Shown piece by piece: positions 1 through 13,709 of a DNA stretch of 64,000 nt; position 1 is the first letter of the stretch; each line of letters begins with the position of its first letter. The DNA is from the human T2T-CHM13v2.0 reference genome, Homo sapiens. The DNA lies in NCBI RefSeq assembly GCF_009914755.1, contig NC_060947.1, one strand, 5' to 3'. The position numbers and the translations under genes are program-made. The notes beneath the pieces were generated by a model. That model saw only the letters and a list, made by a program, of their open reading frames with translations, did no database searches and was not told the origin of the DNA.

Positions 1-261
1 GAAAGATAAAGAGACAGAATAACAGTTCTCAGCCCTCTACCAACCCAACCATCAACTCAAAGTCGAGACAACATTACCTCCAACTTGCCAAACTTGCTTC
101 CACCTCCAAATTGACCATTATTTCTCTAGGAGTGAAATTCATATAATACAAGGTTTTGAAACTTTGCCTTTTCTAAAATCTGAGTTATGGTCATTCAGGT
201 GTTAGCAGAAGGGGCTTCGTAACCCAACTCTTGAGAACAGTTCAGAAACACGACATTCATC

Positions 262-450
262 ATCTTTCTGCCATGATGGCAAAGCTCCATGACCCTGTGC
301 TTTCCAATGTGGTAGTCCTAGCCTCACATGGATATGAGCACTTGAAATGTGCTGAGACAGAGGAACTGAATTTCTCATTTTATTGATTTCTAACTAGTTT
401 GAATTTAAGCTGCTGCATGCAGTGAGTGGCTACCGTATGTATTGAGCAGA
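262..450 (+). mobile_element. MER3-like hAT-Charlie DNA transposon fossil
   Basis: Matches recalled MER3 motifs: ctgtgctttccaatgtggtag, gagcacttgaaatgtgc, gaggaactgaattt, agtggctaccgtat. Confidence 0.8.
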
Positions 451-587
451 AGAACTCCAGTTGAAATAAATAAATACTCTATGGTTAAGTCCCTTCCAGG
501 TCGCCTTGTCACTCTGAGGGGAAGTTTTATCTCCTCAATCTTTTTGGTCTTTAACCAGATAATTATTAGAAAACTTAATATCAAGTG

Positions 588-654
588 CACACACACACAC
601 ACACACACACATACACACACACGCACACACACACACATACACACACACAAACAC
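588..654. repeat. Interrupted (CA)n microsatellite
   Basis: Directly visible. Confidence 0.97.
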
Positions 655-1324
655 GTGCATCCTTTCAAAGATTAACAACAAGCTAATGCAACCTAAATCA
701 TGGTCAAAAAGAGAAATTGTTTCCTAAGTGGAGCATAACCCCCTAAGAAAGCATTGCCAATTTTTTTAAGCTCTTCTTTTGTTTCCATGCCAAGCCTCTA
801 CCTCTACCAGTGCTTAAGGAACCAACCCATTCCCATGCATTTTCAAATTACTGACCCACCTTTTGCTCAAATAGACATTAAACTTGCTAAAACTTTGCAT
901 TTACTCACCTTCTTTATTTTATGCCAAATTACATTCTTAAACTAAGCAAGCCTTATAAGACTTTACTGTTCACCTCTAGTCAGAGCAGGATTCCAGGGAG
1001 TTTAGACATTTGTTCAGTTACAAAGATACTTTTAGAAGAAAATATTTTGGTTATATAAAATTGAGCAATGGCATTGGAAATATTTTGAAGTAGAATAAAG
1101 TGAAACTAAAGGCCTCAAGTATAAAAAGAAATTAAGATATTTTTCTTCCTCTGTACAAGGGCCAAATTTTCATTTTCTTGGCAATTAGGATATTTTGTCA
1201 AAATATAATGGAACTCTTTTGAGTTGTACGCATATTAATGTATAATAAAATCAAACACCATAAATATATATCAAATTGAAAAGAAAAAATACTCAACACA
1301 GATTCTTGAAACTATAGAGTAGAT

Positions 1325-1546
1325 AAGGGTTAAGCAATTTATTTTTTCTTAATGGTCAAAAGTAATGTTTTAGGCTTTGCATACTGTATGTTCTTTGTCA
1401 CAGCTACTCTGCCCTTTTAACACAAAAGTAGCCATAGACAGTACATAAACAAATGAGCATGACTGTGTTCCAATAAAACTTTACTTACAAAAACTAACCA
1501 GTGGGCCTCAATTTGGCCTGAAGTGGTGGACACTGTAGTTTGCTGA
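1325..1546 (-). mobile_element. MER58A hAT-Charlie fossil
   Basis: ttttaggctttgc, gccatagaca, ctgtgttccaataaaactttactt and gtagtttgctga match the MER58A reverse complement. Confidence 0.85.
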
Positions 1547-1670
1547 GCAATGAGGTAGATAAAAAATATGAAACTATACTTTTGGTAAATGCTGACTGCA
1601 CAGCAACTAGAAAAATAAACATATAGATATCTCATTAATCAAGTTGAAAACCTATTACTGTGAACAATGG

Positions 1671-2037
1671 TGTACTAATTCGTTCTCACGCTGCTATAAA
1701 GAACTGCTTGAAACTGGGTAATTTATAAAGGAAAGAGGTTTAATTGACTCACAGTTTTGCGTGGCTGGGAAGGCCTCAGAAAACTTATAATCATGGCAGA
1801 AGGGGAAGAAAACACATCCTTCTTAATATGGTGGCAGGAGAGAAGTGCTAGCAGGGGAAATGCAAGACACTTATAAAACCATCAGATCTTGTGAGAACTC
1901 AGTATCACGAGAACAGCATGGGGGAACCACCCCCATAATCCAATCACTTTCCACTGGGTCCCTCCCATGACACGTGGGGATTATGAGAACTGCAATTCAA
2001 GATGAGATTTGGGTGGGGACACAGTCAAACCATATCA
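1671..2037 (-). mobile_element. THE1 (C/D-like) MaLR solo LTR
   Basis: Full THE1 motif series, TG...CA ends, perfect 5-bp TSD AATGG at 1666-1670 and 2038-2042. Confidence 0.95.
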
Positions 2038-2793
2038 AATGGGAAAAATGAAAGATTTTAAGGGAAATAAGCAACATTTTTTGAACTCTGTTCTTGGCAG
2101 GAAACAGTAACTATGTGAAGGTGGAATTGAAGAACTAAGAAAGGAATCAAGACAGACACTAGTAGTTTGCAGGACATTCAGCACCACATCAGGACAAGAC
2201 AACAGCTGGCTTTGCAATATGACACCTTATTGCAAAGGTGCACCTTAACATCCAGAACCCTCCAGTTATCTGAATAGCCCACAAAATGCTGTGTCTAGCT
2301 CCCTCACTTATAAATGATGAGTGTCATTTATATAAATGTGACACATATATATCCTTAAAGGCCACTTTTACAAATATCATGATGAGATGAATTTGGGGCA
2401 CATCTAAAATAGACCAAATAGTATAATGGGAGTCTTTGCTCCCATCACTTCACCTCAGACTGTCAGTCCTGCCACAGCCTCATCCTATCCCCATCACAGT
2501 AGGTGGAAGAGATTCTCAGACATCACATTGTTTCATCTGTAAATATTTCCACCGGAGTCACTCTAAGATAAGGATCAAAACAACACCTGTTTATTTAGGG
2601 TCACCATTGTATGTCTAGGCATTTGACTAAAATCTATCCTTTTACCCCATGCATTAAAATAATTGAGAAAATTTTTGTTGGATGGAAGTTAAAGTGGTAT
2701 AAAGCAAGAAAACAGATTGCTTCCTTTGAAGAACATTTTCATCATGAAAATAAATGTGATTTTCTGGTATATCTCTTATTATTAGGTTAGATT

Positions 2794-3411
2794 TGTTGGG
2801 AGAAAAGCTGATGCAGGGCTTGCATGTCAGACATAATGTAAAAGAGTCTTGGAAGATGTCCGGGGTCCAAGGCCGAAAACCCCTCGTGGCCTTTGGAACA
2901 CCAGGCTCTGTGCCAAAGGGTGGAAGGCTGCCCTGCTGCACCATAATCTAAGCCCAGGGCATAAAACCCCTCATGGCTTGGATGGAATCCAGGGCTCAGG
3001 GCATAAAACCCCTAATGGCCTCTGGAATGTGTCTAGACTTGCTGGCTCCTTGCTTCTAGCACTCCCAGGCTCATAAAACGATTGTATCTTAAACTAGAGC
3101 ATGTTCCCCATTATCTCAAGTAGCAGAACATGTTCCATATGCTTCAAAGGAAATGCTAAACCATCACAGCTATAGATCATGTGCTTGATGCACCACTTCC
3201 TTTCAACCCCCACATCCTTACCACCTGCTTCTTTGTTTGATTACCAATAAATAGTGTGGGCTCCCAGAGCTCAGGGCCTTCGCAGCTTCCATACTACTGT
3301 TGGCCCCCTGAACCCACTTTGTGCACTCTTAAACTTGTTTTTTCTCATTCCTTTGACTCTGCTGGACTTCATAGCCCCCACGGCCTGGTGTTGGATCCAG
3401 CCGCCCCGACA
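2794..3411 (+). mobile_element. ERVK solo LTR, LTR14B-like (HERV-K14/HML-1)
   Basis: Starts tgttgggagaaaagctga..gcagggcttgcatgtc, has three internal aaaacccct repeats and an AATAAA, ends ccccgaca; no perfect TSD seen. Confidence 0.75.
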
Positions 3412-3500
3412 GGGTTTTATATGATCAGGGAGCAGTAGTAGTTGCCATAGCGTGAAGAAACTTGTGGCAAAGTTCCCTAACTCTTAGAAAGTACAGCATG

Positions 3501-3878
<378 letters not shown>

Positions 3879-4370
3879 TCAAATAACAGAGGAGAAGAAA
3901 ATAACCTGTGAGTGCAATCTGATGAAGCATTGCCGCATCCTGCATTCAACAAATAAAAATAATCTTGTCGTACCTTTGTATCTTCAGAAAAACTAGCAAG
4001 CAACTTCAAAAAAATGGGCTTGAGTTCAAGCCACATGAATTATTACAGATATCAGAAAATAAAACACTTAAAAAATATACTTATGTTGCCCCATTTATGT
4101 GTGATTAGCTACTCATTCATAAGAAAGTGCAATAAATACTAATTTTTTCAGACAGGAGGGTAAAGTTTCTAAAAGGATTGCAGTAAAATATGTTAACTTT
4201 TCTAGAAGTAGAGCTTTAGTCATCTGCACTGGGCTCACCTTGGTGTCAATGTGTTCGTCTGTTGTCTTCACTGAGAACTGTGCTGAGATCATCAGCAAAG
4301 CATGCATAGCATTTCTAGGACTAGGGTAATTGTCCAGAACAAATTGAATGGGGAAAAAAACTGAAAATAC

Positions 4371-4971
4371 TGATGCCAACCCTATAAATCTTATAAAATT
4401 AATCAGGGAAGGAGGGAAGAGGAGAAATGAAAGTAAACCAAGCTTGCAGCTCACTCAGCATTAATGACTAGGTCAGCCTGTTCTCCAACACCCTTCCTCA
4501 TAGGTGTTTGCTGCCTATGGCCCCCGGATCACATACACCCTTTAAGGCATTATAGCTCCCCTTGACTGCTCTATAGGTAACATCTTAAGTATTGTGAAGT
4601 GTTACATTTTGCATTTGAGATACTCTTTCAGGTCTTGAGTACCAATGAAACCACTGACATCAGCTAGTCTAAAGAACCCCATGAGGAGCCGACTCACCAA
4701 GGAATGCAGCTTCCACACCCTCATGATTTAATTCCTCTTCCCTTGACCAATCAACAATCCCAATTTTCCAGCCCCTTACCCTCCAAGAGCCCCTTAAAAC
4801 TCCAGTCAAGAAGTCCCCAGGGAGGTGGAATTGAGGGTCCCTCTCATCATTTGTCATCCTTACTCAGCTGCCCCGTAATAATTGAACTCTTTCTCTGCTG
4901 CAAACCCTGTTGTCTTGGTGGGTTGGTCTGTTACTAGGCAGTAGGCATATGGACCTATTGGTCCTGTAACA
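4371..4971 (+). mobile_element. ERV1 MER4-group solo LTR (LTR29/LTR49-like; subfamily uncertain)
   Basis: TG...CA ends; ttataaaattaatcagggaag, aaaccaagcttgcagc, gaccaatcaac, aactctttctctgctgcaa motifs. Confidence 0.75.
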
Positions 4972-5109
4972 ACGCAAAATAAGAAATAATGCAAAATATC
5001 CAAGATGCTTTAAAAAAACAAAAACTATTGGTAAAATAGTTTAAAAGCCTTTTTTTTTTGAAAGGTAAGGATTATTTTGTGTGTGTGTGGTGTTTTTTCT
5101 TTGTTTTGG

Positions 5110-5338
5110 GTGGAGTTTCTCATCTTTGTCACTACAGAATTTGGGGGGCCAGATGACTGTTTTGTATGAGGGCCTGCCATGTACATTGTATGGGGTTTTG
5201 CAGCATCCCCACTCTCTATCCACTGGATGCCAGCAGCACCCTTATTCCCCAATGGTGGCAACTGAAATTGCTTCTAGACATGTTATAGAAATGAGGGAGG
5301 AGACCTAACTCATAATCTCCCCCTGGATGAGAGCCATC
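5110..5338 (-). mobile_element. MER20 hAT-Charlie fossil
   Basis: cattgtatggggttttgcagcatcccc..ccactggatgccagcagcacc is the MER20 core reverse complement. Confidence 0.85.
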
Positions 5339-5369
5339 ACTTTAGGAGACCAGGAATGGAAATGTGCAT

Positions 5370-5395
5370 TTGTGTGTGTGTGTGTGTGTGTGTGT
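5370..5395. repeat. (TG)n microsatellite
   Basis: Directly visible. Confidence 0.95.
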
Positions 5396-5602
5396 TTTAG
5401 AAGAGATTATCTCAAGCATACCTTACATTTAGATATCATAACTTTACCTCATATGGATAGCCTTAAGATAAGTTTCAACCAAGAGGATTCTTATTTTTAG
5501 TTATTAGTTAGAAAAGTCATATTAATAACTAGTTTGTGTAATGTTAACCAAAAAATTAAGTGTCATAAATCAAGGGGTGGTGATAAGTTTTCTAATAAAG
5601 CA

Positions 5603-5760
5603 GGCTATGCGGTTTGGTGGTGCACCTGTAGTCCCAGCTACTCAGGAAGCTGAGGCAGGAGGTTAGCTTCAGCTAAGGAGTTCAAGGCTGCAGGAAGCTG
5701 CGATTGCACCACTGCATTCCAGCCTGGATGACAGGGCCCAACTCTGAAAGTAAAAAAGAA
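5603..5760 (+). mobile_element. Alu monomer (FRAM/FAM-like)
   Basis: Single right-arm-like unit tggtggtgcacctgtagtcccagc...ccactgcattccagcctgg plus A-rich tail. Confidence 0.85.
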
Positions 5761-5850
5761 GGCAATTCCAGTGAGTGATATAGTCCATTGTGAATAACAA
5801 TGACTGGAATTTACGGATGATCTTATACTAGCAAAAAGAAATTCTCAACA

Positions 5851-6233
5851 CAGTCACATGACACATAATGGTTGACTGCACATACAATGGTAGTCCCTTA
5901 AAATTATAATGTAGCTGAAAAATTCTTATCACTTAGTGACACTGTAGCTGTCAATAGTGTCACAGTGCAATGCATTACCTTTTCTATGTTTAGCTATATT
6001 TAGATTATACAAATACTTATCATTATGTTACAATCTCCTACAATATTCAGTACAATCACATGCTGCACAGGTTTGTAGCCCAGGAGCACTAGGCTACACC
6101 ATCTTGCCTAGGTGTGGAGTAGGCTGTACCACCTAGGTTTGTGAAAGTCCACTCTATTATGTTTGTATAACAACAAAGTCACCTGATGAAGCATTTCTCA
6201 CAAGTGTTCCTGTCATTAAGTAACACATGGCTC
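5851..6233. mobile_element. TcMar-Tigger MITE (MER47B/Tigger3-like)
   Basis: Degenerate cagtca.. TIRs, a gctgaaaaattcttatcacttagtgac MER47-type block and a caggtttgtagcccaggagca Tigger3-type block. Confidence 0.8.
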
Positions 6234-7577
6234 TATGACTTGAAGTTAAATTCCTGCTTTAGAAAAGACAAAGCATTTCTTCCTCACTTGAAAAACATAA
6301 ATACATGCCAACTTTGGACAGACTCAATGACCAGCTAGGAAGATGATGGGTCCTAAAGCTCAGTAGAGTATCTGTGGGCAGCTGTAGTGATGATTCAGTG
6401 GCCACAGTGACTTTCGGTAATCTAGGCAGGAATTGCACAGGATGAAGACATGTCTATTTTATTTATTTTTTAATGCTAGAGTCAAAAATCCAAAAACGTT
6501 TAATATCCTGTGGATAAAGTATAGTTTTCTTAACCTCTTTTTTCCATGTATATTTAGCTTTTGACATCATGGACCTATAGCTATTTTTGTTTGTTTACTT
6601 AATGAGGTTTTTATTTTTTATTCTCCTGACTATTATAATGGAATTACTAATAACTGTATAGCAGCATAAAAGACTGTCCCATGGTCACAGTAGACATCTT
6701 GAAACTTGTATTAAATTAGCACAGATGTGGTGCTACTTGAAGTTAAATAGAAAGATTTTATTGGCACACAATAAACTGAAAGTAGACCTGCACAAGATTG
6801 GAAGGAAATCTAGTCCAAATGGTTCCTCTTATAGATGAAGCAGCTGAAATACACGGAAGTGAGGGAGAGCATCCAAGATAGTTCAACTAGGCAGTAACAT
6901 TCCTACATTCTTATTCTTAAATCATCTTTGCATTGAAATTGCTTTAACCAATTTGCCAGACAAATTGTAAAATTGTATGATTCATATGATTGCAAAAAGA
7001 AACAATGCTTGAATCACTGTTGTAATTCAAGCTAAAGAAAACATATGGAAAATAATATAATTCTTTCTAGTTTCTCCCCCAAATTCAGAGTCCTACCTCT
7101 TTTCAGCAAGTGCAGGACAACAGAAAGAAAAACCAGAGGCCAGGTTGGGAGGAGATATGAAAAGATTTTCCCAGAAAATGAAGTAGAAGATCCTAGGAAG
7201 GTACACATTTTGTTACTTTCTTTCCAGTCATTGAGGTGGTAATGATAGTGTTCTGAGGACCAAGAGAGACGAGGCTGAGGCAAACTGTGGAAAACCAGAA
7301 CCAGTGCCAATGACTTAAAGTCTCAGTTGAGCTTGTTATATATAAAGCACAGGCCAGATGCAACAAGACTAATGAAAACATGCTGTGTCCAGTTTACCAT
7401 CAATGAGAAAAATGGGAGACATTCAATCTGCTTTAAATTGGGGCCATCTCAAATGATATGTAAAACACAGAGTTATGGCCTACCATTCCTGAGTGACAAT
7501 TCTTGACTCTGTGCTGAATATTTTGGTGGGATTTGTGTTGTATTTGTATTGAGCTGCCCTAGATGGTCTCACCATAT

Positions 7578-8070
7578 ATTCATTCATGAAACAAACATTT
7601 ACTGGGTGCCCATGATGTGCATGGAACTATTGTAGGAGCTCAGAGTTAGTCCTTAGCCCTAGAGAGTGAAGGGGTGACAAAGAAGAAATACATACATCTT
7701 GTAACAACACAAACTACACAAGTCAAAATAGGCTGGCTTGAGAATGATGGAGGTAGGGACATGAGGATGGGGAAATCTAAGGTTTTCCAGGAATGGCAAG
7801 GAGGTAAGCCAGGATACAGGGGTGCCAGGGAAAAGAAAAGAAGAACCCATCAGAGAATATAGAGGTACAGATTGTGTAGGGGCAGGGGCCATATTAGGGG
7901 CTTCGGCTTTTACACTGAATTGGTTGAGAAGTCACTGGGAGGTTTTGAACAGGGAAGGAATAAGATTTGACTTGTATTTTAATAAGTTTACTCTGACTTC
8001 GGGGTGGGGATAAGTTGAAAGGGGCGAGAATGGGAGGAGAGTTAAGAGCCTGTTGCCTTAGACCAGGTGA
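7578..8070 (-). mobile_element. L2 LINE 3' fragment
   Basis: ttcattcat..aacaaacatttactgggtgcc (L2 3' end) and ggaggttttgaacagggaag..atttgacttgtatttt motifs. Confidence 0.75.
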
Positions 8071-8485
8071 ATGATTTGGCCAGCGTGGACTCATCTTGCC
8101 AGGCAACCCTTCCAGTGGTGTAGGAATTTCTGTTAAAAACCAGAAAATTAACAATCCAGGTTAACTTGAAAGCAGGAGATCAACGTTCCTTGAGCAGGCT
8201 TGAGATATTAAGACAGAAGGTTAAAAATTCTAATGATTTACATTTCTGCTGTATCTCCTCTTATATAAGAGACACATACACACACACATAGGTTAAACAT
8301 AACCTATGTTTCTATATAATTTAAACTATCAATAGTTTTAACCTAAGCTATGAAAACCAACATGCCTACAAATGTCTTGAGTTCCATCATTTGAATTCAT
8401 TTAACTCTTTATTAACTATTATACATCCTGTGTGTGGCTCTTTTGGCTTCCAGAATAAACTTTTGTTGAGTAGATGCTGAGATTA

Positions 8486-8834
<349 letters not shown>

Positions 8835-9183
8835 GAGAAATGACATCTTATAAGAGATACCATTCCACCCAGAGTCATATTCCTAGCTCCTGGGCTTAGA
8901 TGAGCATGGTTAAAGCGAGATTGGTGTAAAAATATTGTCTCCGTCACACTGGAGGGAGGCCACACTTTCCATCCTCACCTAGCTCTCTTCTCCCCACACA
9001 CAGTCCTACTCTAAACAACTGATAAGAAGCTTCATTGTAATTTCACTCATGGTGGTTTATCTACATGCCCTTACATCAGAGCATGGACAGTAAAGCTGAT
9101 TTCTTGCAAAAAAGAATTTTCAACTCTAATTAAAAAGAACACAAGTGGAGTTATTTTAATGAATGAGGCAGCCACAGACGGGG

Positions 9184-9395
9184 AAAAGTATGGGCTTTGT
9201 GGTTCTGGGATATTAAATGCTGCTTCCCTAACCATGGCCCCTTCAGTAAGATATTCAATCACTTTGAAATTCAGTTTTCTTCTAGGTCAAGTGCAGATGT
9301 TATGAGTATCCCTCACATAGGTTTGTTGTGAGGTTTAAATGAAATAACCCATACTTAGCATTTAGCATGCCATAAATCAAATGTGCGTCCATTAA
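9184..9395 (+). mobile_element. MIR SINE
   Basis: cctcacataggtttgttgtgaggtttaaatgaaataa MIR 3' motif and degenerate core. Confidence 0.75.
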
Positions 9396-9725
9396 ATTGC
9401 ATCACTCATGCTGTTTTTCCAAGGTAGTGCCATTCTTTTTCATTGTTTCCTCATTTTTTGGGTTATTTAAGCCTTCAAAGAAGAGAAAGTTGTATAGGTC
9501 ATCATACATTGATATTATCAGATAACCTAAAGCATATTACTATTTGTAAATATGCATTAATCAATGAGCCATAATATTTTTAAAAATATCAAGTGTTTTT
9601 TTAACAGTAAAAGGGCTTAACCATGAAATATAAATATAGGCATAGCACTGTGCTACGCTGGAAATATATTACATAGGAGTGTTCTTTTTTGAAGTATGCT
9701 GGCATTTCTGATTAACATCTGGAAT

Positions 9726-9889
9726 AGTGGCTCATAAACATCATCACACATTACAATCACACATTAGAATCGCCTTGCTAATCGTCTAAAACTGTGTGCC
9801 CACCTTACAGGAACCAAATAATTTATTTTTAAGAGATCCCCAGGGGACGCTGATGCTACTCGTCTGGAAACCACATTTTGAGAACCATT
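9726..9889 (-). mobile_element. MER5A hAT fossil
   Basis: cattagaatcgcc..ccccaggggacgctgatgct..ccacattttgagaacca. Confidence 0.7.
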
Positions 9890-11415
9890 CATTAATCTAG
9901 AGCAATCTGTTTTATTCCCATCACTGTGCATCAACGTTGGTAGTTATTGAAAGAAAAACTAAATTCAATCAAATACAGAAAATTAGTATTGCCATCGAAA
10001 GTGTATTTTTTCATTTATTTTGTTGTCTGCATTTCCTAAAATGTGCAAGGAAAAAAAAATAAGAGGAAGGTCAAAGGGAGATGGGAACATCAGATAAAGA
10101 ATGCACCTGACTTCCAGTAAGCCAATCCACTCAATACCACCGTGGGCATCGAACTTGAAGGGAACACGTATTTTGACACAAGTTGCACACTGAAGGCTCA
10201 AGATGTGCAGAAATCTCTAAATTATGAACTTTCCTTCTTGGGCAGAAGTGGAAGGAATGTCTGTTTTCATGGCTGTGGTTTACTAATATCTCACAGCAAA
10301 CATATGAGAAGTAATGAAGTAACCGAGCGCTGCTTCGTTCAAGGGTATTTATCTGCCTCCAGAAATGAGAGGGAAAATCCCAATTGCTTTGGAAGTATTT
10401 GATGCTCTTTAGTAAAGATATAGCTTTAAGATTCCTCAGGATATTAGCCAAATTGAAAGCGATTTAAATGCCTCTGTTCTATGTTAAAGAGCCTCTCGCT
10501 ATAGACGCACTTCTTCACGAATGTGTTTACTTTGGAAGCAGAGTGAATCCTCCACTGACGGAGATGGAAATGTTTCCTAATTTGCTAACAGTTTAGAAAC
10601 TGGAAAATAACAGAGAAGGTACACATCCGACTGACACTGGGGACACATTTATCTTGTATTCATTATTTTTCATAATTTCACATGCCCCTGGCGGCCACTT
10701 GAGATCAAATTATTAGAGAATCATTTTAATTTAAACTGCCTCATGAACTGATTTGTTTTGTATTTGTTTTTCTGTTGCTATTTTCTAATTTCTAAGTATT
10801 TACTGCTATTTAAGCAATTTTATTTGTACCTGATTGAACAGCTGCGGTTGGGTTCATCTACCTCAGAACTTTCTGTCTGAATCTTTGAGAGAGCAGATCT
10901 GTAGTCCTCTCACTGCTATTTGATGTCCACTTTGTATGTATTAAAGACAAGCTGGTTTCTTGTGTCCTTGGATTGATTGCACGAACAATGATATTTGGTG
11001 AATGGGCATGTATATATGTATTTACATGTGGGTGATTTATTTCAAATGAGATAATAGGGCATTTTGGTCAGTTCAACTAGTACAATTAGGGGATATTGAT
11101 AAAACTCTGTCAACCAATTTTAATCCTGATAGAAAAGTAGTTATTTGTCCCTTTTCTGAGAGATGCATAGAAAAAAATATTTTTTTCATAGATATTTTCA
11201 CATGTTAATTAAATTTTTCCACTGGAACATCCATCTAATTTCCTCCTGTTTACTAAATTTCCACCCATACATAATCCTCAACTCTGAATCTCAACTTCTC
11301 TAAAAATGATTTTTCTCTGAACTCATGTGAATCTCTCTCTCCACCCCCCAACTTTCTTCTCTTCTCTTTACGTCCTTATACAACAGTTAGTCTTAAACAC
11401 CATTTTAAGTTAATT

Positions 11416-12160
11416 TGTAATCATCCCATGGGTTTGTCCTGCCCACTGCACAGACAAAATCAATTCACTGAGATCGTGGTATTGCAGTAAAGAAAGACTT
11501 TAATTGACTGGAGGCTGGCCACGCAGGAGACGGAGTCATTACTCAAATCAGTCTCGCTGAAGGCTGGGAGGGTTTTTAAGGAAAATTTGGTGGGCAAAGA
11601 GCTAGGGAGTGAGGAGTGCTGATTAGTTGGGTTGGGGATTAAATCATGGTGGGTGGAGGTGGAAGGGGGTTCTTCTGTGTGCCTTCTGTTCCTGGGTGGG
11701 GTTGCAGAACTAGGTGGGCCAGTTTACTGGTGTTAGTGGCGCCAGCTGGTTCATCAGGATACAGGGTCTGAAAAATACCCTGAACACCAATTATAGGTTT
11801 TACAATAGTGATGTTATCCCTAGGAGCAATTGAGGAGGTTAGGAATCTTGTGGCCTCTGGCTGCATGATTCCTGAGCCAAAATTTCTACTCTTGTGGCTA
11901 ACTCTTTAGTTTTACTAAGGAGGTCTGATCCTCAGTCAAGGAGGGGGTTTGTTTCAGGAAGGGGTTGTTATCATCTTTGTTCCAAAGTTAAAGTATAAAC
12001 TAAATTCCTCCTAAAGTTAGATTTCCCTATGCCAAGGAATGAAAAAGGGCAGATTGGAGGTTAAAAGCAAAACAGAGTCAGTTAGTTCAGATCTCTTTCA
12101 CTGCCACAGTTTTCTTGTCAGATTTTTCTCACTCTCATAATTTTTGTAAAGGTGATTTCA
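11416..12160 (-). mobile_element. LTR8A/B-like ERV1 solo LTR
   Basis: Ends tttttgtaaaggtgatttca (rc of TGAAACCGCCTTTGCAAAA-type start); contains gatctctttcactg, taaactaaattcctc, ttactcaaatcagtctc. Confidence 0.85.
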
Positions 12161-13349
12161 CTTTTACTACTTGCACCCAGCAAAAATGTAAATGTCTGGA
12201 GGAAAAAAAATCTCCATTTTACTTTTTTATAATCTGCCCCAATTCTGCACAGAAGAAAAACCAGTGGTATGTAGTGTATTATATATTAATAGAAAAAAAG
12301 AAAGTTAAAAACATTGTAACACATACATTGTAAAAAAGTTCAAAAAGGTACTCCCTTAAAATATGTACTATTCTGAGATTTTTGTCTCTTAATAGATTTT
12401 GGTCATCCTCTTTCTTTCACTCTATATTTAGTTATTCCTTCTGTTTTGCAGCTAAAAATCATACCATTTTATGAATATGTCCTAATGTACTTAACCATGG
12501 CATTTATGTTATTACCAGTGTTCAGCTATGACAACCAGTAATGGAAATATCAGAATACACTCAGGTGGGAAGTCCTGTAAAATAGATGTAAAGAGGTGGG
12601 AGAGTGTGTTCCAAGTGTTTAACACATTTAAATTTTGATTGCTAAGTTTTAAATCACACATTGTAGAAACAGAGAATGTCCACCTGAATACACAGTAGTT
12701 TCTAGATCTACTCACACCAACGATTTTAGAACTATGTGTATATTATGGAATCCGGAAATCTTATTATCTGAGATTTTCTGTTAAAAAAAAATACAATCAT
12801 GCTATGTACATGTGTGTGTGCAAGTCAACCCCACTCTACACCTCAGGGGTGGTGAATTAGCATTGAAAGGATTTTTATGAGGAATTCCCAATTCAGGGAT
12901 GATTTCCAATGGAAGACCCCCACTGGGAATCCACAGTCCAGAGGTGGCTACTTAGCCCTTCAAATACTGTTGTTTTATAATTATACCAGTTAATTTGCCA
13001 AATGGCTTCAGTGATATTGAAAAACTAATTATGAAATCAATTATGTTCATTTAGAAAACCTGTATAGGTCCAATTGCCCCTGAATGCATGCATTGCTGTG
13101 GGTGGAGGAGGAGGAGGCAGGGTTGCAAGCGACTGTTTAAGCAAAGAAATTAATTCTCTTCTCCGTGCCCAGTTGCAGCCAAATGGCCTAGCATGTATGG
13201 GATCGTCTGTGCTAATAAAGGTAAAGATCTAAGATATGTTGCTGGAATTCTAAAACACAAGGGTGTCCAACATCCACCATTTCTCAAGATGCCTTTTAGA
13301 TTAGTTACCTAACCTCAAAAAAAAAAAAAAAAAAAAAGCCAGAGAATAA

Positions 13350-13709
<360 letters not shown>

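Noticed and set aside
2875-3020. Three aaaacccct(c/a)..tggc direct repeats
   Set aside because: They lie inside the ERVK LTR and appear to be part of its internal structure.
8286-8309. 10-bp-stem hairpin acataggtta-aaca-taacctatgt
   Set aside because: It is short and AT-rich with no supporting context, so chance or a neutral template switch is sufficient.
13317-13337. Orphan poly-A run preceded by ctc
   Set aside because: There is no upstream retrocopy body or TSD, so a processed pseudogene cannot be supported.
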